64,000 bases of DNA, taken from Novakomyces olei (Eukaryota). Under the pieces are notes generated by a model, which had not been told where the DNA came from, made no database searches, and saw only the letters and a list, made by a program, of their open reading frames with translations. The number at the start of each line of letters is the position of its first letter. Position 1 is the stretch's first letter. Location of the stretch: the NCBI GenBank assembly GCA_016906335.1, contig JADEYG010000002.1:1426001-1490000 (forward strand), in the 5' to 3' direction. This document shows positions 39,938 through 53,198 of the stretch, piece after piece. The translations under genes were made by a program, and so were the position numbers.

Positions 39938-40396
39938 ATGGCGGCGATGGAGATGCACTGGCACCATATTAATGGACCGGAAACCCTGCTGGAAACGTTA
40001 CTTGCCGCCAATGGCAAACGGACACTGCTGCTTGTCTGTGGCGAACGTGAAGAGTTTACGCGTGCTCTCGCGTCTCTCCCTTTCGCGATAACGCCAAAAG
40101 TTTTAGACGCGGTTGCGTCAATTGACGTTGCATTTGCCTCGGGCGTGGAGCAATTGCGAAGAGTTGTATTTCACAAGTATCCGCGTATTATTGTATACAA
40201 TTTGGCGACAGTGCATGGCGAGAGTATGAGCATTGCCCAATTGCAATACTCTTGTGCCTGTGTTGTAGAGGCAGCAGTGGCAGTGGACGCTGGTCTTTGC
40301 GTGCTGGACGAGGTTGCACTTTGCCAGGAGTTACGCGGATCTAATCGGCAGGTTACTTTATCGCAGACTGTGGGTAAATGGTTCACTACGAGCTGA
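39938..40396 (+). CDS. Hypothetical 152-aa alpha/beta protein
   Basis: ATG-initiated intronless ORF with coding-like GC content, filling the gap between the AT-rich repeat and the NUF2 3' end. No family recognised. Confidence 0.6.
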   Translation: MAAMEMHWHHINGPETLLETLLAANGKRTLLLVCGEREEFTRALASLPFAITPKVLDAVASIDVAFASGVEQLRRVVFHKYPRIIVYNLATVHGESMSIAQLQYSCACVVEAAVAVDAGLCVLDEVALCQELRGSNRQVTLSQTVGKWFTTS

Positions 40397-40441
40397 TGCG
40401 ACGTATAAAAGACGGATTATATGTACAGCTGTCTACACGCC

Positions 40442-41925
40442 TCACACGGGCTCCATGATTTTTTGCATCTCGTGCATGTACGCCTCAACGTGAGACTTGA
40501 GATGCATAAACTCGGTCTGCGCTGCCCGCACATAGAGGTCAATACTCTCCCGCAAATCGGCAATCTGGTATTAGCATGATAGTAGACGGAATTAAAATGA
40601 AAATAAAATAAAAGTTAAAGGGGAGCAACTGTGTCGATGCCATTCCTGTCGCCCAGAGAGGCGTCTTACCTCCTTCTCCGTTTGTGTAATATACGCCTTC
40701 TTCTTATCCATCTCGTGAGTACGTACTACCCGCTCACGCGCTATAGCAGCGTACTCGTCCTTTATTTCGTTCATGCGTGCCTGTGAAGCTTCGCGTTTGC
40801 TCTCAAATTGTGTTTGTGCCCGGGCCAGTTTGTCTCGAGCATTGGCTAGTTGCCGCAGCAGCTGAGCTTCACGCACTTCAACCTCGCGGACCTCGATTTG
40901 TTTCTGCTCCACCATATCTTTATTGCGATTATTGCGCCGTACTGCCTCCTCCACACGCGCTAGCTCAGCCTCACACTCCTCCATATTGGCAATACAAGCA
41001 TTCAAGTCCTGTTCAACTGTGGTCATTGCTTGAATCCGCAATTGCAAGTCACGTGCCTGTTTTTCAAGAGCGATTACCTCGCCTTTGTCCTCGCCCAGTG
41101 ACCGGCCCATACCCTCAATAACCTCCTTGAGCTTCTCCGGGCTGTGGACTACACGACCTCGGACCTTGGCAATCTCTTGACGCAAGTTTACCGTCATAAA
41201 CTGGCAATTAGAAAGCCGTTGAGCAGCATCCTGCTTCTTGCGTTTAAGATCATCAATCTGATTCATAAGCAAAGTTTGAGCTCGTTTGAGCTCACGCAGC
41301 TCTTGAGTGAGCGCCGTCGCACGTTCACGATAATGGTTTATTTTAGGCTCCTGATGCTCACGTTGTAACTGTAAGTTTTCCAGCTTTTGCTGCAGTTCGC
41401 CGTGCTGGTCCACCAGCGTCCTATACTGATCCATATACTCGTCTGATTTCTGTGTCAGGTCGTCGTAAATCGGCAATCGCTCCTCTCGAAATTTCAATAA
41501 ATTTAAACACGCCGATAGTATGCGCCGAACCCGCTGTGGTTCTGGTTTCTGCAAGTCCCGCAGACTATAGTCAACGATCCCCACTTGGCTCATTAACTTT
41601 GCACTGGATCGTTTAGCAATCAGTACCACTATTAAAAATCCAAAGGAAATGTTGGCTCTTACAACTGCTGGTGAAAGGCCATAACTGAAAGCGAGTCGGC
41701 GTATATTTCATAATAGCTTAGCTCGTGCGCTAGCAGCTGCAAGTGCTGGGCCATCTCTTCGCGTGCAACACCGACTAAGGCGTCCAAAATGACCTCGTAC
41801 GCGGCCAGTGTCCGAGGCGTCGTGGGCTTGAGGATATCATCGTCCGTGAAAGGAAGGCCGAGTTCTTTCATGCATATTACAATCTCTGTCACCCGAAGAA
41901 CGGGAAACACGTACCGCTTGTCCAT
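40442..41925 (-). CDS. NUF2: NDC80 complex subunit Nuf2, 3 exons
   Basis: FPVLRVTEIVICM, DDILKP and DYSLRDLQKPEPQRVRRILSACLNLLKFREER (CH domain), then a long coiled coil with VHSPEKLK; last exon ends ...MEPV*. Confidence 0.93.
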
Positions 41926-41977
41926 TGTTTGTTTACGCGGCTGTTTGTTTACTACTAAACATTGGTTGTTTATTGTT

Positions 41978-42180
41978 TATTATATTTATTATATTTATTA
42001 TATTTATTATATTTATTATATTTATTATATTTATTATATTTATTATATTTATTATATTTATTATATTTATTATATTTATTATATTTATTATATTTATTAT
42101 ATTTATTATATTTATTATATTTATTATATTTATTATATTTATTATATTTATTATATTTATTATATTTATTATATTTATTT
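41978..42180. repeat. 9-bp repeat (TATTATATT) x about 22 upstream of NUF2
   Basis: Perfect array directly visible. Confidence 0.97.
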
Positions 42181-42501
42181 AAACATCGATTTATTTATTT
42201 TTATAAAATAAAAAAGCACTAGTTATCGGTATATAATTAGCGTCATAGCATTACTTGCTCGCCGCTGGTGTTTTCATTGGGGTAGCGAGATTTGTATAAA
42301 TAATATTAAAGCTTTGACGTAATTGACTCGAGTTTGCGTGACAAAACCAAATTTGCCGCGTAAAGAAGAGAAAATCCTTTTCGGTTTTCTACAGCCATCG
42401 TCGATATCGCAATTACCCCAATCAATCTATTTCTGTTTGTTTCAAGACGACTCTTTTCGTTGAGCCTTTCGTTGATTCATTCTTGAGACCACTCCTGAAC
42501 A

Positions 42502-43431
42502 ATGTCTGGTGTAGATATCGATCAAATTCTCGAGTTTGCCATTCGCACGGCAAAAGAGGCCGGTGAAATGATCCGTTCTGCCTCTGTGAAGCGTGCTGCC
42601 GCCGGCGGCACCGCCACTACTAACGAGAAAAAGAACAGTGTTGATCTCGTAACAGAGACAGACGAGGCAGTTGAGCGATTTGTGAGTGGCCGTATTGCTC
42701 AGCAGTTCCCCACACACTCCTTTATCGGTGAAGAGTCTTATGCGGGAGGAAAGCATACACGTCTCGGTGATGGACCAACGTGGGCCGTTGATCCAGTGGA
42801 TGGCACTACGAATTTTGTCCATTCTTTCCCATTTGTCGCCTGCAGTATTGGATTCTTTCTCGGCGGAGAGCCGACGGTCGGCGTAGTTTATAATCCCTTC
42901 TTGGAGCAGCTTTACTCTGCGGCAAAGGGCCGTGGAGCCTTTTTAAACGGGGAGCATCGGCTCCCGCTTGTAGAGCCGGCCCCATTAAAGCAAGTACACG
43001 GGTCCCTGCTTAGTGCAGAATGGGGCTCCGATCGGAACACGAGCGCTAAAGGCAGCTCCCCTTCTAATTTCGAGATTAAAGCCGACACGTTTCGCAATCT
43101 GCTGTCTGAAGCCGGTGGGATGGCCCACGGACTGCGCTCGTTGGGCAGTGTAGCCTGCGCCATGTGCTTTGTCGCTGCTGGACAATTAGATGCAATGTGG
43201 GAGGGTGGATGCTGGCTGTGGGATGTTGCTGCTGGCTCATGTATCCTTAATGAAAGTGGGGGTCTCATAACTACTGCCAATGGCGGGGATACGCACCGGC
43301 TACACGGCCGTGAATTTGAAGAACGGCTGTACTTGGCCGTACGCGCTACTCCGAATGGCTTAAAAGAACAGGAGGAGTTTATAGCTGATTATGCAAAGTA
43401 TACAACTGGCGCGCTCGAGTACTCGGTGTGA
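42502..43431 (+). CDS. Inositol monophosphatase
   Basis: DLVTETD, FIGEE, WAVDPVDGTTNFVH, RSLGS and WDVAAG. Confidence 0.95.
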   Translation: MSGVDIDQILEFAIRTAKEAGEMIRSASVKRAAAGGTATTNEKKNSVDLVTETDEAVERFVSGRIAQQFPTHSFIGEESYAGGKHTRLGDGPTWAVDPVDGTTNFVHSFPFVACSIGFFLGGEPTVGVVYNPFLEQLYSAAKGRGAFLNGEHRLPLVEPAPLKQVHGSLLSAEWGSDRNTSAKGSSPSNFEIKADTFRNLLSEAGGMAHGLRSLGSVACAMCFVAAGQLDAMWEGGCWLWDVAAGSCILNESGGLITTANGGDTHRLHGREFEERLYLAVRATPNGLKEQEEFIADYAKYTTGALEYSV

Positions 43432-43914
43432 GTTGTGTATAGACCGGAATTTGTGTAGATAGATTGGCATTTAACGCTGGAAATAATTTCTTGTTTCATG
43501 TTGTTTTGACCTGTGGGTTTTTTTGTCTCTTGTAGAACGTGCAAGTAGCGTATTTCTACACTTTAAAACGCTTCCAAATCAGCACATTAATTTCCATTGC
43601 TGAGAGAGAGGAAAGGCGGGCGCGTGCAAGCATCATTACGCTTCGAGTCTGTTGCTTCAAAGCATAGTGGCCCATAAACTCACGGGCCCCGTGACGTAAA
43701 TGGTTATTGTCTATGCTGTATTGACCATAGCGTTACTTGCTCAAAAAAAGTATAACTTCAAGTATGCACAAATTTTAATTGATAATTCTTTTAATTGATA
43801 GTCCCTGTTTTCCATCTGAACAATTTTTATCTTTGTACAATTATATTGTATATATTATAATCTGCTAAAAGAATCGACCCCAAAAATTTGATCCCCCCAA
43901 AAAATTGCTGCAAA

Positions 43915-45953
43915 ATGAGCGGCGGGTTCAAGGTAAATGCCCAATGCACGTTTGACGATCAGTAAACTAATGTCCAGGCGATTGCGCCTATTCCGAGCGC
44001 GAGCGATTTTTTGGATATAGTTCTGAGCCGGACTCAGCGAAAGGTATGTGATGATTGCAAAAAAAAAGACAAGATTCATATCGAGTCTCCAAAAAGGCAA
44101 TTAGAATACTGACAGTATAGCTGCCTACCCAAGTACGGCCTGGCTTCAAAATCACTCGTATCCGTAATTTCTATGGGCGTAAAGTTCGTTTCACGCAGGA
44201 CACGTTCACGGAAAAGTTGGAGGCTATTTTAACGGAATTCCCTAAACTGAACGATATACACCCCTTCCATGCTGATCTGCTCAACATTTTGTATGACAGA
44301 GACCACTTGAAAATTGCACTTAGCCAGCTGAGCACGGCAAAGCATCTGATAGAGGGTGTTGGCCGTGACTATGTGCGCCTGCTCAAGTATGGAGATTCTC
44401 TTTACCGCTGTAAGCAGCTTAAAAGGGCAGCTCTGGGCCGCATGGCTACTATTATGAAGAGACAGAAATCGAGTCTAGAGTTCTTGGAACAAGTGCGACA
44501 GCACCTGTCTCGTTTACCCGCCATCGACCCGAATACACGTACATTGCTAGTGTGCGGCTATCCTAACGTGGGCAAATCTTCCTTTGTCAACAAGGTCACA
44601 CGTGCTCAAGTTGATGTGCAGCCCTATGCTTTTACAACAAAGAGCCTCTTTGTGGGCCATATGGACTACAAGTACCTGCGCTGGCAAGTTATTGATACGC
44701 CAGGTATCCTGGATCATCCGTTGGAGGAGATGAATACAATTGAAATGCAGTCAATCACCGCCATGGCCCATCTGCGTTCAGCAGTTCTTTACTTTATGGA
44801 CCTTAGCGAGCAATGTGGATATAGCATTGAGGCACAAGTGCAGCTCTTCCATTCAATTAAACCGCTTTTTGCCAACAAGATCGTCTTTTGCGTTGTAAAC
44901 AAGGCGGATCAAATGCGCCTCGAGGACCTGGATGAGCGTAACCGCGCTCTTGTTGAGTCGATTACCTCTGATAGCAAGCAAGTAAAGTTGCTGCAGACCA
45001 GCTGTTTCACAGACGAAGGTGTTATGCAACTAAAACAGACAGCCTGTGACGCCTTACTCGCCAGTCGGGTGGAGAATAAGCTCAAGGGCGCTCGTATTAA
45101 CGATGTACTCAACCGTATTCATTTGGCCCAGCCAACTGCCCGTGACGCAATTGACAGATTGCCCGTAACAGCTCCTTCGCAAAGACAACCGCGAGCAAAA
45201 CTCATGCGGGATGTGGAAGCAGAAAATGGTGGCCCTGGTGTATTCAATGTCAATATGCGAGAAAGGTATATCCTTGAAGATTCTGATTGGCGGGAGGATA
45301 AAGTGCCCGAGATCTACAAGGGCCAGAATGTGGCTGATTTTGTTGATCCCGATATTGAAGCAAAACTGGCAGCTTTAGAGGCGGAGGAAGACAAGCTACA
45401 GGCTCAAGGCTTTTACGATTCAGGAGACGAAGAATTGCCCGATGAGGAGGAGGAGGAGTTGCTGGCTCGGGCGGCAGAAATAAGCGAGAAGAAACAGCTG
45501 CAGCGTCAGGAGCATCGTAAACGGAAGGCGATGAAGAACAGAGCTGTTCTTCCACGTACAGCTGGCCTTAGAACGTTTACAGAAATGCGAAATTCACTGG
45601 CAAACTCAGGTTTGGATACAATGGCTGTTGAAGAACGTGCTGGCCGTGCACGTGAACGCGACCGTGCTCGAGATAGCCACAACAACGACGAATCAATGGA
45701 TATGGACGTTGAGACTGCTCAATCTTCTACCTCCCGATCCAAGTCTCGGGCTAGAAGCCAGTCTAATCGTCGGGTAGACGGAATTCATTCCGAAGAGACT
45801 CGTGATCATGCTGAGCGAGTAGCGCGGCTAAAGCAGAGGCAGCGGAATCGTATGGCTCGTGCTTCAGAAAGCGATCGGCGTGTGCAGTCAAAGATGCCCA
45901 AGCATTTGTTTACGGGCAAACGGCCCGGGTTCCATACATCGCGCAGTCGGTAA
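43915..45953 (+). CDS. NOG1: Nucleolar GTP-binding protein 1; two short 5' introns
   Basis: [41 protein letters not shown] and [11 protein letters not shown]. Confidence 0.97.
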
Positions 45954-46695
45954 AGTGGTACGCACTGGATACTTGTTGGGTTGGGTTAGATTTATGTAAA
46001 AGTTGGGTTTCATTGGTAGTATTAATACAAGTTTTAATTGAGCAAGGGAAATCGAAATATTCACGTGGAATTTAATGTGTCTCTTTTTTCAGCATTCATG
46101 TATATATTTAAACACTATTGCGCCTACTTTTTGTTTGGCACGATAAAATATTTATTCTTTATCGACAATATTTGCTCTTTTTTTTCCGCAATAATGCTTA
46201 ATCTACAGGCTGCCGTAAATGGCATGGCCACGCCCATCAGTCGTGTGGAAACTGTGTCGCGCCTTGTGCCGTGTCTTGCTTGTGAGTTGCATCGTTCTCC
46301 GAGCAGGAGCTTCGTATCAAGGCCGAATGAGAATGAGAATGCTATGATATATATGAAAGAGTGATCAGAGGCATGTAACCTTGATCAGTAGACTTGGAAA
46401 AGCTGAAATCTCCTTCCAGAATTCTACGCTATATTGAATATATCAATTCAAAATGTACCTGAGCACAAATAGCAAAGTGGCAATGTTCCATACTGTTTAT
46501 TCCTTCACGTCAAGGGTTTCGTTTGTTCAGCAACGGACTGCTGATCTCAATAGAATAATATATTGACCCTAACCCTAACTTTGTTTCTTACAATATTATC
46601 ATGGAACGAAGAAAATAGGCGTAACTAGTCAAAAGGCAAATGACATAGCTAATAAATAATTATAGACAGCCTTATGTCTGCAGCATGTAAACTCA

Positions 46696-48143
46696 ATGCC
46701 GACTGGTGAAGTTCAACTATTTATGGAAGAAACGCGGCAATCACGCAAACGCAAAATCAACCAGCTTCTTGGCTTCATCGACGCTTCACCCAAATCACAG
46801 TCAAATAAGCAATCGCCAAAATTGTTTTGCCGGCAAACATACTCGCCGTGGGACCGATCACAACTTATTGCGAGGCTCTCGACTTTCCGCGCTTATCCTT
46901 TCCAAGAGTACCCACCAATCAGCAGCTACGAATGGGCCCGTCGCGGGTGGTACGCGTTACCGCCCTCAGCCACGACTCTGTCTAATGCTCCGTCTAACGT
47001 TCAATGCACTTTGCAATGCGTATCTTGTCACGCAAAATGTAACTTGCGAATGGATGCTCCTGACGCTCCTGAGGAGGCCCGTACGTAAACCCTTTAATCT
47101 TATGTCTATCAGCGAGCTGTTTCTTTTTTTCTGTTTTTCTGTTTTATTTTTTATATTTTTTGATTAATTTTCTTTTTTGGTAACATATCATGCCTTTTTC
47201 TACGTCACGTATTTCGTCTTCACAATGAATATATCATTTTCCGTCTCGGCAAGCATTCAAAACTTGAGACCTGTCCCTTTCTTTTTGCCGGGTCTATGCT
47301 AGTCAGCTGCTCTGCGCTTTCTCTACAATTATATCCTTGTCATTCCGTTCTCTGCTTACATGATAAGGGCACGCTCTAGCTCAGCGTCTTGCTGCGCTTA
47401 TAATAGACGCTCATCGGGAAGCTTGTTACTGGCGCACACGAGGCTGCAGTGGTAATATTAGTCTCTTTTATTTGATATTTCTTGTCTCTTTCACTTCAGG
47501 TGGTCGTATACCAGTTTGATCCAACGAAACCAATTCGCTTTGTTATCCCCATTTGATCTTTTTTTTGGTTGGTGCTGACTGTTTCCCAGTCGATCTATTA
47601 CGCATCAGGTTCTACGATACAGGGGACGATCATTTTGCATCAAGGGTCGCGTCTATTGGCAAGTTGACAGTTTCCTTATTATTGCCAGCTCAGTATAATT
47701 ACAAAAGCATGCAGCAAGCGCAAATACTCGCCTGCTTTGGTTGGCAAGCAAACCACGTTGGCGGGTCCGGAAATAGCCCAAAAAGAACAATGCTCGAGTG
47801 CCACACGTGTACGCGTCGATGCGGGGTTTGGCTATTACCAAAAAGACCTGTTGAGGATAGCGACGAAGAGAATATTGTGTCTTTTACTGCCGACAATTCA
47901 GTTGACGATGATGCGGAGAAGACTAGTGAGGCTCCTCTCTTTGATTGTGTACGGCAGCATTACACGTTTTGTCCGTGGATCAATGCAAAAACACAGAATA
48001 GTGAAGGCCTGCCGGCTTGGAAGATCCAAGTCGGTATCGCAGAAAAGCCGTCAGCGCCTCTCTTAGAGCCAGCAGAGTCTTTTGCACATCCATCTGGCTG
48101 GCAAACACGCATACAACGTCTGCGCCGTGTGTACGGGTTATAG
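46696..48143 (+). CDS. C3HC zinc-finger protein (Rsm1/Pml39/ZC3HC1 family), 3 exons
   Basis: YSPWDRSQLIARLSTF, ARRGW, CVSC...HREACYW (middle exon about 47368-47451) and a second finger LACFGW, CHTCTRRCGVW, HYTFCPW. Confidence 0.85.
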
Positions 48144-48321
48144 TCGTCGTCATGTACAAGCAAAATTAAAAAGTTGGAGTTAATTAAGAATAATTTTGAC
48201 AGAATCATTAAAAATGAAATAGTATCGTGATTATTAATTATTCAAAGGTATCGTAAAATCGTTTATTACAAGTCGTTTATTGTTTATAAACAAGTCTTTA
48301 GAAACTCTAATGATAAAAGAG

Positions 48322-50930
48322 CTATTGAGCTTCTGCAAGCAATTCTGATGCGTACAAGGCAACAGAGGGGTTCACACTGGCGATACGTGCTACCTCGCCT
48401 TCTATACTTGCAAAAATCGCACGAGCTCTTTTGCTCTTTGCAAGGTTCCGTAGCACTTTGGCCGCTAGCAAAGCAGCTCCAGTGCCCTCGCCGTCTGGAC
48501 CAGCTGGAGTCCGCTCTTGCCGTACGCTTACGTGCTCCCGAAACGTGTCTACTACTGAGCTCGGAGGCGGACTCAATTGCACGAGGACCATTGTGACTAT
48601 CTCTGCCTGATTACTTTCTTTATCTGTATCAACAGCAGAGGCTACTTGAGCCGTGCTTGAGTCGCCTTGTACGGTTTTATCGACGTTTATATGTGGACTG
48701 CCATTTGCTTGTTGGCCAGCTGCCGCATGATCCTTGCCTTCCTCGGCTGCCTGTGGCACTGTCGCCTTTTCTCTTTGTGCATCCGTACTATACGAATCCA
48801 GATCCATAAGGTCCCCCCCTTGATCAGTTGAAGAAATATCAAGCAGTCCCTCTTTCCCCTCTACCGGGACAGCCATCAGCCTTGAACTAGCGTCTAATGG
48901 CACCCAGCGATGAGGAACCATTGTCTGCAGATTGATAAGCCCCGCTACCCTTCGTGGCCGAATCCCGTAGACGTAAAACTGGTCCGATACGCAAAGTGCA
49001 CGTGCATTTGGAAATACAAGAGGTACGACCTTCAGCATCTCTGACGGAGGTAATACCGGGTGCCTGAAACCTACACTGCGATCACTATTCACTGTGTCGC
49101 TTGTAAAAGGCCTAAAAGTAGCCTCGTAGGCCTCTGCGATCACTCGCTGAGGGACATAAGCGTCCTGGGCTCCTTCTTCATCTTCCACGCTCGTCCCCGG
49201 AACGGATTCAAACATGCAACACAGCCAACGTGCTGCCCGTTCGGGCTCACGAAACTCTACGAGTTCTTGCAGGGCATCCTGGGACAAGGGGGGCAGTTTT
49301 CTCTCTTTTGCAACCGAAGCCTCTTCATGATTTAGGGTTAGGGTTAGTGTTGAAGTCTCCCGAGCGTGCAGCATCAGGTCTTTAAGCGACCGCACAAGCA
49401 TGGGCGCATCGTCTCTTGCCAACAGGGTTGCAGTGCCCACAAAGTACGTTGTATACTGGTACAGAAACTCCAAAACTGCTACCGTCATGCCTTCATCTGA
49501 GCCTAATAAGAGCCCCAAGCATCTGTCGAGATCACGGGGGCCAATATCCTGCATGAGCCTGTTGCCCTCGTCATTTGCAGCCAGTCGGGCCAGGATCCTG
49601 TAGGCGGCAACTAGCACAAATCTGTCGTCAGAGCGCAGCATTCGCCGACTGCCCTGGTAAAGCGGGTCATTATCTGTAGTAGAGGAACCGGCCGAAGCAC
49701 TCAGACCATTGGCCGCGCATTGTACAATCTCCACACAATACTGAAAAAGCTCCTGCAACTGTGGAACAGAGGCCAGTGCCACTGTATTGTCAGCCAGATC
49801 CTTGAAGGCTTTGAGCTGAGCCAAGTAAGCACAGTTTTCTGCATTATCAGCCACAAGGTTTCGGAGTAAAAGGGCAGCAGTGACCGCAATTTCAAACATT
49901 TGTACATTGACATTGACCCAGTGTGAGGATTCTTGCAGGCGCGGGACCTGAACGATGAAATTGTTGATAGTTTGCAACAGGGCCTCTGTTAAAATTGGTG
50001 TCCGTTCCAACACTAGATCAGTTTCCCTCAAATGCCGAAACAACGAGTCAATTGCCCATTTCATTTCCGGAAGACATTGCGACTTGAGCGCTAGCTCAAG
50101 TCGCTGTTGCACTGTGGCTCCAGCAGCTCCAGCTCCGAGACGGAAAACTGCTGATTCTGAGGGTACAAAGGCTTCAACGGCCGGAGTGAAATAAGGCTGG
50201 GGTATCATGGAAGCTGTAGTCAGTGTTACAGGTGCAAAGTACGTTGCATTTTGTGGAGGCTGCAGCTGGGCTTTAAGCGCCCTTCGCTCAATACTGGCTG
50301 CAGTATTTTGAGGTGCGTTAGGGACAAAGGCATAGAAATTACGTGGGTTCATGCGTTTATAAGCAGCAGCAGTAGTCGTAGCAGCAGCCGGATCGTTTGG
50401 CCGGGGAGAAGGCTCAATTTCCATGGGCGGTGGACTTGAGCGGGCCGGTTTTGATTTAAGTATGAGCCATTCTTCAGTTCGCTGAAGGATATCACCGCCC
50501 CGGGCAGTCAGCTCCTCCAGCATAAAGGGCGGAGGCGGCTCCTTATTCCAGTGGTTTAATATCTCAAACGAAGCCAGATTTTTGTAGTAGATATTTTTCA
50601 GCAAATACCCGGAATTCGACATTTCCTGTACCTGATAGTCTGTAGACATGTTGCGCCATAGGGAGGTTATAGACGATACTTTGTCGTACCCGCCGAGATC
50701 AACAACGCGTCGATAGAGTTTAAGCAGATCCAGTCGTTTGTGGCCAAAACCAGGCTGCCGCATGAAAAACTGTAGAGTGCTATTGCAGCTTAGTATACAG
50801 TAAACCTCAATAAAACAACGTACCCGCGACGCCGATGGTGCTGTTCCAATGCAGCCATAAACTCGGCATACTCTTCCGTGCGATCAATGTCGCTTTCGTC
50901 ATATTGGCGATCGCCAGCACGCGTCGGCAT
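48322..50930 (-). CDS. RSC9: RSC chromatin remodeler subunit Rsc9 (ARID2-like); one short intron near 50780-50823
   Basis: ARID domain LDLLKLYRRVVDLGGYDKV...LKNIYYKNLASFEI, LALKS...EMKWA, armadillo-like repeats and EPERAARWL. Confidence 0.85.
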
Positions 50931-51015
50931 AGCGATGCGAGCGGGCGATGCTCGGTGGGAAACGCGTAAAGACGTAATTGTAGCTGTCTCGACGTTTGCG
51001 CAAACGATCAAATCG

Positions 51016-51095
51016 TTATTATTTTTATTATTTTTATTATTTTTATTATTTTTATTATTTTATTATTTTTATTATTTTTATTATCTTTATTATTT
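51016..51095. repeat. 9-bp repeat (TTATTTTTA)n upstream of RSC9
   Basis: Directly visible. Confidence 0.9.
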
Positions 51096-51224
51096 TCTAA
51101 TATCCTATTTTCATCCTCTAATTGTAGGGTTAGGTTTAAGTATTTAAATAATATAAATTAATACGCTTATATACCTGTTTTGAAGGATAATCTAATTTGA
51201 CAGCGCACCTGCGTGTATGCGGTC

Positions 51225-52824
51225 ATGACTTTGTCTGTCGTTGTTGAGCACGTTTCGATAGCAGTATCGCTGCCTGTACGCGGAACAATTCGATCTGTGT
51301 TCTCCCATGTTCTTTGCAGTATAAGCATTGAGCCTTTACCAGTCGGCCACTCTTATCTTTTGCGGTTACAAGTTGATGGCCGCGAAATTGTATGCTGATC
51401 GTCGTTCGGTTTCCTGGCTTGCTTTTATCTCGGCCTCTGGATCGTCTCGCTTGCTAAAGCTACATAACTTTTTTCAGTAGAGATTCTTGCTTGCTTAGTT
51501 GCGCTTACAAAATTGATTTTCATCTTTGTTATGCAATTGATTCTCATCTATTCTTGATGTTGCGCCCTGTTTGTTCCACCTTTACTCTGTTTGCTATATC
51601 ATAAACTTTCAAATGCTATTTTGCAAGTCTAATGTCCGTGCATGGGCTCAAGATTATTCGCTCATCTTGTGTGCTTACGACAGGAATCTTTAAACCTTTC
51701 ACAGCTGGCCTCGTCTAGCGCAGGCTCTTCTAGTGCCGCTGCTCTTCAGGTCTTTGAAAAGAGTCCACGCATTGGCCTTAAAGTATGGGGAACAATTCCG
51801 GAGCGGGATAGCAATGGTTTAGACAGTGCAGTCTGTGGCTGGCGGCACGTGCAGATTAATTTCTTTGCTGAAACAGAGTGTCTTGAGTTTGTAACTTTTC
51901 TACGTTCGCTTGGGTGCTTTTGTGTAAACGAAGGTCCCACTTCGAAGCATGCAACTCCTGCCACAGAGGTGGCTCCCGAGTCAATCAGGCGGCGGCAGGC
52001 AACAGAGTTACTTCCCCGTTCTGTTAACACTGCCTTTGGTTACTCGCCAATTGGACATGCGCCGAGGTCGCAAACTGCTTCGTTACCTCGCATGGACGCG
52101 ACAGCACAGACACTCTCTTCTCCTCTGTATACTCCTATTTACGGGCGCAAGGAGGACACGAGTCCTTCATTGGCTGTAGTACTATATATTAAATTTCATC
52201 TCTACTAAATATCAAGACAGGGCCACTGAGCACCGATTTTTGGGCGACAGATCCACTGCTGGATTCGTTCATTGCGCAGCCGCTCGATGGAGCAGTGGCA
52301 GCAGATGCGCTACACGTAAGAAATGTTACAGAAAAGAGTTTATTATTTACATTGAATAAAAATCCAAAACTACAAGTCAAACGTGGGGAAAATCTGCGAG
52401 CGCTGACTCGTTACAGGAAACGATAGGTACTCCCGTCCAGGAGCAGCCTACTTGTGGGTATGATAGTGATATTACACAGGATGGCATCAGCAATGCGCCA
52501 ATTACAACAAAGCAACTGCTCCAGCTTTGCCGCAGCGATCGAGTTTGGCAGCTTTGTACGCAATTAGAGACGGCCGGAGCTGATTCCTTCTGGGAAGCGG
52601 TAAGGCAAGAAAACTAGTAGGCAAGAAAACTAGCAAGGCAAGAAAGCCACATGATTAGTTCGCTTTAGTATTACTTGGCAAGTTTTACTATTGTCAGTTA
52701 CAATAAAGTATGTATGATAAACAATGTGGGATTTCACGCTTAAAAGGTGGTACAAGATGTAAATGGTATATTGCAGCAATCGACGGGTTGGCAACGTGTG
52801 GCAAACAAAACTCCTTTTGATTAA
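51225..52824 (+). CDS. Probable meiotic DSB factor Rec114/Rec7-like protein, about 5 exons
   Basis: Phase-compatible exons start at 51225, 51684, about 52217, about 52418 and about 52747. N-terminal beta-rich block with EKSPRIGLK and WRHVQINF...FVTFLRSLG, then a disordered middle and a short helical C-terminus. Confidence 0.5.
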
Positions 52825-53105
52825 ATGTGAATGCTGTAGACAGTGAAATGTAAAAGGCCGAACATAAACAAGCCAGAAGCGTATTCTTGTCTTTGTCCAG
52901 TGTGCTCTAGAATATATGAAAAATAACAGTGACAGACAATGTACAAATTAATATACAAACTCTAATCAAGATAATAATCATGGCATTAAAAAGATTCCAA
53001 AGGAGGCATGCCATACTCAAAAATTACTCGCTTGTGACAGTTCAGGCACGTGTGAGCTTATTGCCGCGAGGATATTGGAGACATACGCCATAGTTGAGCG
53101 CTATC

Positions 53106-53198
53106 CCGAGAGTACCCGACCAGATCCACCAATGGCAGCGATCCGTTCGTACAACAGTGTGGCGCCCCACCCGAGTACTCCCGAGCGGGATGACCCGG
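53106..53198. promoter_or_regulatory. Three CCG-N7-CCG sites (AcuK/AcuM-type gluconeogenic element) upstream of PCK1
   Basis: CCGagagtacCCG at 53106-53118, CCGagtactcCCG at 53171-53183 and CGGgatgaccCGG at 53186-53198. Confidence 0.65.
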
